From the NCBI GenBank assembly GCA_039630545.1, contig JBCNUU010000004.1, positions 77,207 to 141,206 of the forward strand: a stretch of DNA of 64,000 bases, in the 5' to 3' direction. A model generated the notes under the pieces. That model was not told the origin of the DNA, did no database searches, and was given only the letters and a program-made list of their open reading frames with translations. The stretch's first letter is position 1, and each line of letters starts with the position of its first letter. Below are positions 61,801-64,000 of the stretch, piece after piece. The DNA is from Endomicrobiia bacterium (GTDB lineage Bacteria > Elusimicrobiota > Endomicrobiia > DTEH01). Position numbers and translations under genes: made by a program.

Positions 61801-64000
61801 TTGTAGTTGATAGATTAGGCTGTACCGGGATGCCAGCCGAAGTATATGTCTGCATACTTCCTGCTGAATATACTGAAATACTCCATCCGGTATTATTCCA
61901 GTTAAGTGGATCCGTTGCTGAAACGAATGTTACTCTAAATGTCGTAGCACCTGCTATAAGTGTAAGTGTGGAAAGTTCAACATCGTAAGGATCAGTTGTT
62001 GTCAACCAACAAGCTACAAATGTTGAGGTTCTGTTATAATAATCATCTGTAGCATATACAGTCACACTAAATGGTACTCCTGCAGTTTGTGTAACTGGTG
62101 TACCTTCTTTTCCATAAGGTGCAATGTTGTACTTACCAGGTTTGTACATTTCTCCAGGTAGTACTGCCAAAAGCTTCTTTGGAACATTTGCAGTTACTGT
62201 AACAACCGGTACTGTGTAACTTGCAAGTGGATCAGCGTCCACATCTTCAACAGTGACATAATGAGTCGCTGCAGTAACAAAAGTGTGTTGTATTACTGCT
62301 TGTCCGTTAATTAAAGAAGTTAAAGCAGGTGTTGAATTGTAAACATCAGAATCTGTAACTCTTACTAAAGCTACTGCGTTAGGTTGTAAGTTCCAGTATT
62401 GATCACAACCGTATACTGTAATGTTAAAAGGAACACCTGCAGTAAATATTTGAGGTGTTCCTGTCTTACCATTAGCTGAACCAGGCATATATGTTTCACC
62501 AGGAAGCACTGCAAGAAGCTTAACAGCTGCCGCTGCCTGACAGGTTGAAACTAAGCTTGTATATGGTTGATAATAAATTCCAATACCATCAATATCTGAC
62601 GCCCTCACCGTAAACGTTCCTGCTTTAACCAATGTAATATTAAATACTTTTCTTCCGTCAATAAGTTGTTCTGATGGTGGTTCTATGTCATATGGATCCG
62701 AAGTTTCAACTTTAACTACAGGATTTCCTTCAGGCGGTGAGATACCAAACAAGTTGTCGTCAATACAGTTCCAGTAATAATCACAAGCATATACTGTTAC
62801 AGAAAACGTCAAACCTGCAGTTACAGGTTGCGGCATTCCTGATTTACCACCAGTGGTTGTGTTATATGGAGGTTTCCCCCATACTGCAACTTCACCAGGT
62901 AGTGTAACAAGAAGTTTTCTTTCAGCACCTGTTTCGTCTCTTCTTGGTTTAACTTTTACACCTTCCGTTATATAAGTCTCGTATATATTAGGTGAAATAT
63001 CGTCAGCTGTGAGTTTCCATCCAGTAGTTGTTGCAGTAATTAATTTTGGATGTTCTGGTAAAGTAGCATCTGTATTGTTTGTTGGAATTGTACAATCAAT
63101 ATATTCACCATATGTATAACTATCATATGGATCTTCTGTTGTTAGCCTTACGGTAATATCCTGTGGTGCAGCTGTAGGATTAAAGTAATCATCCACTAAC
63201 TGGATTTTTGGTTGAAAAGCATAACCAGCTTCTTGCCATGAGGATGTTCCATACTTGCCAGTTGAAGAACCAGGTTCCTCTGTTTCACCTGGTAGTATAA
63301 CAAATATTTTTGAAGGAACATTAGCGTTAACATTAAACACTTCGCCTAACTGGTCTAACAAACCTAACTCACCATCAGTTACTTTTATCCTTCGTGGTTT
63401 AGCTGTCTTTACTGTTACAGAAAATGTAGCTGTGTTGACTAAATAGGCATAAGTTGGAATAACTACAGCATATGGATCAACCTCAGTGGCTGATTTCATT
63501 ACATACACCCAAATAGTTGTCCCTGTTGTTGTTATATTCCAGTAAGTATCACATGCATTAACTGTTACAGTAAACGCAACACCTGCAGTTTGAGTTTGTG
63601 TAACAGCAGTATTTTTCCCATAAGGTGGTTGAGCATTAGGTGAACCGACCCAGTTACCTGCAACATTTTGTTGGTTAGGGACCAAAACTTGAAGTTGTGA
63701 TGCAAACCTTGGTGATACATAGAAACTCTTTGATGTCGTAGAGATATACAGTGGCGGTATACCGTCAATATCTTCAACAATAATCGTATGTGTTCCCGCA
63801 CGAACTATGTTAAGCATGTTTGTAAACACATACTGTCCTGCAACAAGTGATACAGTTGTTGGTTCAACATCGTAAGGATCGTTAGGTGTGTGAAGCTTAA
63901 CTATGGGTTCATCCAATGCAACCCTGTTCCACCAGTTGTCAGTAAGATTAACCGTTACCGTGAAAGGTGTCCCTGCAGTAAGAGGTGAAATACTTCCAGT
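43844..64000 (-). CDS. giant repetitive surface/secreted protein (at least 6,718 aa; N-terminus lies beyond the window)
   Basis: One open frame from 64000 to the stop at 43844. The frame stays open upstream of the TTG at 63916 (TGSISPLTAGTPFTVTVNLTDNWWNRVAL, itself part of a repeat). Beta-rich tandem domains, FN3-like domains and a YPNP...WDG C-terminal tail. Confidence 0.95.
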   Translation of the reverse strand, partial: TGSISPLTAGTPFTVTVNLTDNWWNRVALDEPIVKLHTPNDPYDVEPTTVSLVAGQYVFTNMLNIVRAGTHTIIVEDIDGIPPLYISTTSKSFYVSPRFASQLQVLVPNQQNVAGNWVGSPNAQPPYGKNTAVTQTQTAGVAFTVTVNACDTYWNITTTGTTIWVYVMKSATEVDPYAVVIPTYAYLVNTATFSVTVKTAKPRRIKVTDGELGLLDQLGEVFNVNANVPSKIFVILPGETEEPGSSTGKYGTSSWQEAGYAFQPKIQLVDDYFNPTAAPQDITVRLTTEDPYDSYTYGEYIDCTIPTNNTDATLPEHPKLITATTTGWKLTADDISPNIYETYITEGVKVKPRRDETGAERKLLVTLPGEVAVWGKPPYNTTTGGKSGMPQPVTAGLTFSVTVYACDYYWNCIDDNLFGISPPEGNPVVKVETSDPYDIEPPSEQLIDGRKVFNITLVKAGTFTVRASDIDGIGIYYQPYTSLVSTCQAAAAVKLLAVLPGETYMPGSANGKTGTPQIFTAGVPFNITVYGCDQYWNLQPNAVALVRVTDSDVYNSTPALTSLINGQAVIQHTFVTAATHYVTVEDVDADPLASYTVPVVTVTANVPKKLLAVLPGEMYKPGKYNIAPYGKEGTPVTQTAGVPFSVTVYATDDYYNRTSTFVACWLTTTDPYDVELSTLTLIAGATTFRVTFVSATDPLNWNNTGWSISVYSAGSMQTYTSAGIPVQPNLSTTNDRIQVLLPGETARAGKPPYTDSTGGKEGTVSSALAGENVLARVYITDYYWNRRTDSVSNINLDCAGFQDYTGDGKTPKFVTLTQGTSNYYLVFYTTGSWSINATHPDYLSYNSSVININPAATNKLLVVLQGEDISPLAPLGRSGVPQDATAGALYNVKIYACDAYYNWQSVEELSSTVRLTTSDQFDVEPTNLVLQQGTTVFTIIPVTAGTQTVTVYDLTPPLMDSNISSVFTVLPNNPARLLVLLPGETIVSGSPTGKQGTPIVQTAGVSFGCTVYATDLYYNRVNDTSWIRIDTSDKWDIHPSTQQLVNGATIFFVTLVTAGQQYLYAVDTDAPYLYTSTSSVVTVQPKTDVLSELKLHVIVPGETYEPGKWENGVNPAPYGKQGIPSDQIAGNNFTIDVFLVDKFYNRIYSGVPMPWVQPVKVGEFDPYAVYPSSKQLIAGATNFVIQFRTSGWAVTPSSWTITIRDVDGVEPAYPDAVSPKITVLPNVAKRMQMILPGETWIPGSPEGKSGTPEAWVVDSTRTIIVQVCDDYWNVTNTNITATLTTEDPYDTPDPHSLGITAGRIFVDRNLVTATTEGWRLTVSASGMIEYVSPKVIVNPGPPVKLLALVPNETYNPGSPTGKSGTVVPQQAGVPFTLTVFITDSRWNLVTSTSALLSVTTEDPYDIHPATKSTTNGFATFEIEFRRGVGESYKIIVSTAAGNELTRYITPPIQSNYGSATKLQILVPGETAVPGRWYTSGKDGTPTPWYAGDLYPVVVNVVDKYWNPVPVVNTTVRLSATDPYYEPPLDAATNMGTVTIYTSLATATTEGWKITASTAPTAANPYLQPDTSANIKVLPGKPIKLLVLAPGEQPLPGSPTGRQGVPQVQVAGSSFTIRVHATDSRWNIAESSRVVKIITDDSYDSEPSTETLITTDEYLSIATFTLVLITANRGSLDPANRNTLITAQDVTEGVPPYEKLANGQTTVPVTPQPAQYLMLLVPGQTHNPGKPPYFPQVGGKDGTPQNLTAGVTYWVTVLACDLYWNINPADNPYVKVWTSDPYDLDPTPLGLENGMKSFPINLRRATLYQGLQESLTIYAIHNADPQQYAATFVGGIQVTPEANAVQLLILVPNEKHEPGSPSGKTGIVMQQTAGVSFDVVVNCVDRFNNIVPTAQPGVTLTSSDPNDGVGSETGLGWDPAYQPLLNGTTIYKVTLVTASTWHWLTAEDTDGNPPYYGRRDSSLIWVNPGPPVKLQCLLPGEVSKPNTTKGKEGTPHTQVAGQPFNVAVRITDILWNLVPTAGANVKLITPYDEYDTEPVQSTVNGEAIISKVIYTASQERIDTNPPYWEPFKYHIIIATDTGGLYWTNISSTFTVTSSSFTKLHVILPGQKYIPGKPPYDGTSGKEGEPIVQTAGVPVSGGTIIRAGTTIYFNVAVFAVDNYYNLVYSGQLVSILTQDPYDTHPPAQALNLGYTNFANVAMVTSSSWTITAQASGVSPGVSSAVFIKPNVPTRLAIYAPGEVPTPGYTVGRGRIGTPYPQTAGTYFDLTVRACDAYYNLTNASPTVTVLVDDWDIDYEVYRISRTKELINGTTTFTVRFAAAKVTVATATASGYLSDYTGGISINPDTPFRLLILPPGVTAQPGKPPYVSSETVTMGGISGTPSAQTAGQPFNITIRAVDRWWNKTSAQPIVTLESNDPWDYPDQKQVQLINGEYVLSWTLVSRNDTGWYIRSVNSILPTLVNYRTSNIKVNPNTATSLKIYLPGEQPEWGETSSHPSATLPYGISGVPAGWTAGIPRSILVHAVDNYNNRQDNDVSAIKVTPTDPFVSAQLYGLEAGSKTFTFSLVTAGTHTFLAEDQDAPLLNSYRSSVFTVNVSTWGKQLHITLPGESYLPGKPPYDVDEQNRIGGTGGKTGTPQIQIAGVPFTVTVRAVDSFYNLLTDEVSLVKLTPSISQYASDIGQPYPGWVVEPSENSLVGGISTFTVTLLTAHSTWTILAEDIDASPTLAKGYARVYVKPNNPQKLQVIVPDEIESPGSSLGKTGTIKTQTAGVGFTIRVNLCDAYWNRVKEGPMPLVSVWTSDPYDTHPTALTLVNGQRLFSLTLVTASSVTITASGGGYTMGISSEVPVIPNVPAKLLVVVPPQQQINGKNIPPEGRSSISVSSQTAGVPFQVTIYAVDNWYNFVSTVSQTITVTTSDDYDTDPGNISMIGGVAVCNVDFRTAKPQTITAIDNDPNTPSLQSHVSSLIPVRPNVPKKLHVCVPGEVYDPGRPPYVPGSTNGGKQGIPSNQTAGVSFNVTVRITDDYWNLTSILPAGATVQLNTNDLYSPSNNLQFVVYSSAVIPVTLVSASSATADKVVYVEDIDGVEPTLSVGRSQNIFVGPGTPTKLLLVLPGQTLVGGHPRGKVGQPQLLVAGQQFSVTTAITDAYFNPVPGVSVTLQADSPLDNYDTEPPRRDVDVVTGKQYFDFTLVTASTHYLRVRDVDGVPPLYQEYPANPLDLAVTTFTVKPANAVKLQLILPGETPVPGKYNISPYGKIGSPLSMTAGELWYATVRLVDSYYNLVTDVSIQPQVAIRTADPFDIEPSTEPLSSGQGLFPIVLRTAATWHYLVVEDVDGLEPLYQSDISPTFTVNPSTPTRLLVLVPDETFIQGSPYGKTGGIQDYVAGQSFVATVYLVDNYNNRVRTGWPMPTVAINTWDPKDSEPAAKTLIDGANNFTLVPLHATSSWTLTAVDIDGQPPHYQSGISSFIRIWPAVVHHMHIVEYPSTVVAGTGFSAKVQLRDQYDNLVSTGINWTTYALGGYRVKFDGEYFPSPQTPELPSEYDWTLADRGEKLFSGIVLKKAGQRWIKTYQTNPLNTLISSERPCDPNPNIQGEEGEHGPLYTYIFVQPGPPASFFVVETTATAGTEFYPYEIKVPAGTRSDWGKLQIVAYLSDAYANIVPSSGVPVNIEVIDVVGSTGVVSYTSPASDSQPPEPVVYAVTDSSGAVGLNPPLYYYCSHKLGDSAKVKFSTGGIVGVTRKITTIGGTPYRLVALNPPLELVAGNETPYIVIQRRDEFDNPTYQGDTWAQLVTNSLAKQQQPQRQWDFRSSPGAENTLGPDYVIWFYNSIKSTSVAIIYYDEMSSIPENEDGRPQTGKWTIQIQAFGNEPARWASFDLLVKPDEITKAAFDNPQRKLTAGSPKEYTSIGPGPNSLELEVELQDRWNNPVRTTYPVVVLLSSIRETSRFNDSYSFSLSSKTTGGPAYGTPPVFEISITSFVIETNEYYKKFYYLDTNASENYSVVGNTYPIVIATPLGKKGDGTPWASAQQSVLIMPDRIRRLGIYGKYSIPPDPDYIPTLTAGVTSQVMMLATEDFYGNIAPVLEADVSGDNPRRIKIVSSSTGSVKFALPSISSWTVDEAIAYFRVGDRTTSFYLIDTLATVRYGVYDTTHTLFADTIVNPGLWTQGRRAYRVLPNLPHYPAIVTPPRRLIAGTTIQFDGTGTDISTITVSAKGGKMVIKKHGEPLFTGITVEIRDKFGNVTVSTENIILSVEVIDSPQAYGSVDPTQDLDGAGWTLMTGGGNLLPVLIPAGSDSGTFYYFDTIVGSHTMKISGRTSSGRTLIPMYQTHYITPAPIEYFTIHHPFTIANPLRVHEPGLLTVKARDRYGNVAAGDYINGQWYEGTIVFTHSGNPEKVILKDAISLTTYYTFVKTDAGVYNRLQVIDQIQETLKVFVTDYATINLPDEDPDKIYGYTGDILREVPVHSDDDVVTCGIVVEPADLAPVAYGDADNSESTCDDSYTKKQELLEGTIYQGKTALFQGDGNTYEKPAPVPMLRLNLRVLPQQVAESATWTQLRVDKKGTALAQDVWIGLYYDANGDGKFQGEAVLGGTSPDPLVKVGVYDPVSNAWNFTGMSEFISNVSKNYFLCVRISTVAQHGTYLGLEINNHNYLTTVGVARVAANNFRIFTDTSAIKREEAKVYCLVEDIAASVETRRSTFVYQGQPNAGMLRIKIRTKEYTAYLNGFKITRTGSGTDADIKGVALFIDDNGTGDPKQGDGLFQPALDTRVSDWIAFSTRTAVVYLKQVAEITPSTVTYFVSYKVSDSAYIGKTHGAAIVDSADIRLAEGVVLPIPGYYSSLVTVLATSDEMTLIDYNKNSPNNFSVPGAATQGDKDVVVARLTLQTMQRTAIWTGLKLDRYNPNKVNQPEDIENIKVWFDTNNNGLFDKSSDTLVSPADKKYTFPVTKIAVDVSTTSDVIYVEDVSKLVLSPIIDFSPFPETPGRVVLSDGSDNLEVVYFSGVDRQLNALTGCLRGREGTQPRFHPKGSKVSGQAILWILGNFYELGPYRVGQEIVSEYPKDYFITVDINYLAKVHEASQLGISIRSTDYFKVVEPDYVSNRFGIIGPKPQGKSESGIGSIMEYPDRVTFKLINISTEVVAYLQQGKTNVPIASLIAYTDESEAWWQQINIHGTGSATDNNLLTDEIKYIKIWYDLNNNGSLNPDIDVCIATATFGNVGKPLMSQVVFPVAPKIITTPRAQLEKISQRYFITVDIEENAHPEQTFGIALTTWTDITVSLPNYLDKSSSTIPFETILRTIIPSPRMVTVDAQPLWLNKEGEIIKETIYLNSNIDNTDTFIPLNISAINYKLKEDGYAILNNEIIKYSSVSQEGLSDVQRGVEGSYAVSHASGSLVGFEVVQGQKNVPLLKLVMYCSGFQVQLPSIKFTRTQPSPLNGDDADISYIKVWKDNGDGELNRDPNTGFISPDVEVFLGQAKFGVPPDPASAATVMLNDPLYNRGYALITTTPTIFWVTADISASAKFTHPQISNLNEVFGVAIPLPTNINLAPKEAGHWVSTATSLGNPAFPIVSPVSVIVPTLDTLIVEAEGILPPGVYQNQKNVGVLRLNFKSNKNSVTVKRIKLDMLGTAVDGDIALVKIWKDLNNNGIFDLEDTTRTATGEYPGLLSFGTDRFSDKTVNIELKTPLVIDDSPLGTNIFISFDIAEFARLFAKFSASVEDETYITVEVPDDVSFVVKPIRTAETTIYEAPSEVILRVYDVAKDIANLGGTYQAEKNVPVLRIKMRTDVAQAIWERIRLEKTGSSADPALPYGKNADVGYIKIYKDANFNEQLDSADTLISEIYSELVVEISSDTRPPFFMVIKSSTTPLGSFPENHPQLWVKVNDEIFEYTKIATVAVNGIEYPALYITKRAHLGSYASYHSSGSIVRKCDMYYLNDDLNRQKEITLVQPQLISPTPQTYFIAYDIGENASAGNAVGVKLVGKEAITIKYPNEASSQLEIEQDIQGISIKQDIYPFETSLVRINPVTLKVSAESVAPVQVPQRTQNVPFIMLTIQTDRNYVKIKKIYVTQTGTVQTPGAIGGYGQGDLSGMSVWLDNGDGFFSPALDLFITSVTHPTVDFSAGAARISLPKDGLYVSTSPVRIFIAGNIGKTDLAGTSTKDHYVGVEITSFKSLETIPSTIESHITNRFPLRSSLVLILDEYAPRVMPKWVVLAQKQVYANPFGDGYPAVDVDGDTMPDRVTQAGEVFVDLDEDGTNDLEDLDGDGRKNDIDLVGDGKLSIDMTGDGVLDVDFNCDGKPDSVVPDVNGDGIPEIDLSRDGIIDWGYTPERWTNRTTQLYAQWKHTPEVLDYRVGAGNVANVNNLTEAFAPGGWLSTRRAPKFTITNLSLQAAKVTRLTKSVSRLDTPPFDLFVESTDGFPAEKSDIYVGGEIMYYETKSQNSFRITQRAKYDTPAQDHPAYTKVTNQGTFYRVHGIGQGNTAGPVISLILYRVDVTPPKAPSKPVSDYDRSGRDITEGVYTIEWSPASDEESGIMGYEIQERVDTNPVWRTIRFVAGSRTSFVVGNSDTPDNKPREKGHFYYYRVRAKNYAGSYSNWSEISNGVSTGLPEEVISQVSNYPNPVDIRLGGEEGRTYIVYLLNQDAEVTLTIYDLLGFKVREWTFQPGQEGGKKGANRVPEGGWDGTNQAGQKVSKGGYIAQIKVKSTKGVITAIRKIGVIR
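45030..45319 (-). repeat. cluster of 8 DxDGDG-type acidic motifs (putative Ca2+-binding)
   Basis: DVDGDT, DLDEDG, DLDGDG, DLVGDG, DMTGDG, DFNCDG, DVNGDG, DLSRDG within ~95 aa. Confidence 0.8.
53573..64000 (-). repeat. protein-level tandem repeat array: 27 complete + 1 partial ~115-140-aa units
   Basis: Hand-aligned consensus KLLVLLPGETxxPG(x)nGKxGTPxxQTAGVxFxVTVxAxDxYWN...TxDPYDxEP...LxxG...FxVTLVTA...DxDG...SxxVxVxP. Units are diverged at the DNA level. Confidence 0.9.

Noticed and set aside
448..63801. Numerous short plus-strand ORFs (e.g. 448-831, 4607-5002, 24488-24817, 46914-47216) and short alternative-frame minus ORFs (42426-42611, 50389-50598, 59512-59715, 63565-63801)
   Set aside because: All lie within well-supported genes and show no recognisable motifs. 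They are antisense or frame shadows.
63914..63916. TTG start assigned to the giant ORF by the ORF track
   Set aside because: The frame is open to 64000 and the upstream residues continue the repeat consensus (LTAGTPFTVTVNLTDNWWN). There is no RBS or signal peptide.
43844..64000. Higher GC of the giant gene (about 40% versus 20-30% in spot counts) as evidence of horizontal transfer
   Set aside because: Third codon positions still look A/T-rich, and the protein is rich in Pro/Gly/Ala/Val/Thr, which explains the shift. No integrase, IS, tRNA or att site is seen at the boundary.
53573..64000. CRISPR array, DNA tandem repeat or DGR template/variable repeat in the repetitive region
   Set aside because: Repetition is at the protein level only, with divergent codons. 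I saw no identical 25-45-nt repeats, adenine-specific mismatch pairs, cas genes or reverse transcriptase.

Overview
AT-rich bacterial chromosome window from a diderm (Kdo/lipid A/Lpt genes), probably anaerobic fermenter. Elusimicrobiota is my best guess from gene content and protein style; it is not verified. Every credible gene lies on the minus strand. Positions 1-43.7 kb hold about 52 tightly packed housekeeping and metabolic genes. In order of transcription these are: exported cyclophilin-dnaJ-rsmE-mtaB-like; acyl-CoA dehydrogenase-ymdB-xseA-zinc-ribbon protein; kdsD-kdsC-lpxL-lptC-lptA-lptB-hpf-ptsN-rapZ-yvcK; a mannose-family PTS with a GH57 gene between IIB and IIC, then HPr-EI; lepA-radA-aroC-SGNH hydrolase-aroK-aroB-Xaa-Pro peptidase-efp-GT4; ferredoxin-porCDAB-rnfCDGEAB; and rpsB-tsf-pyrH-frr-uppS-cdsA-dxr (dxr truncated by the window edge). 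The last 20.2 kb are one uninterrupted ORF of at least 6,718 aa that runs off the right edge. It contains 27 complete (plus one partial) copies of a ~120-aa LPGE/DxYWN/DPYD beta-repeat, ~7 invasin/Big-like repeats, 8 larger domains with DxNxNG loops, 4 copies of a small phage-structural-like module (three nested inside other domains), a cluster of 8 DxDGDG-type motifs, two FN3-like domains and a C-terminal FlgD-Ig/T9SS-CTD-like tail. Four of five candidate promoters show TTGAnA-N15-TATAnn spacing. I saw no rRNA, tRNA, CRISPR array or mobile element.
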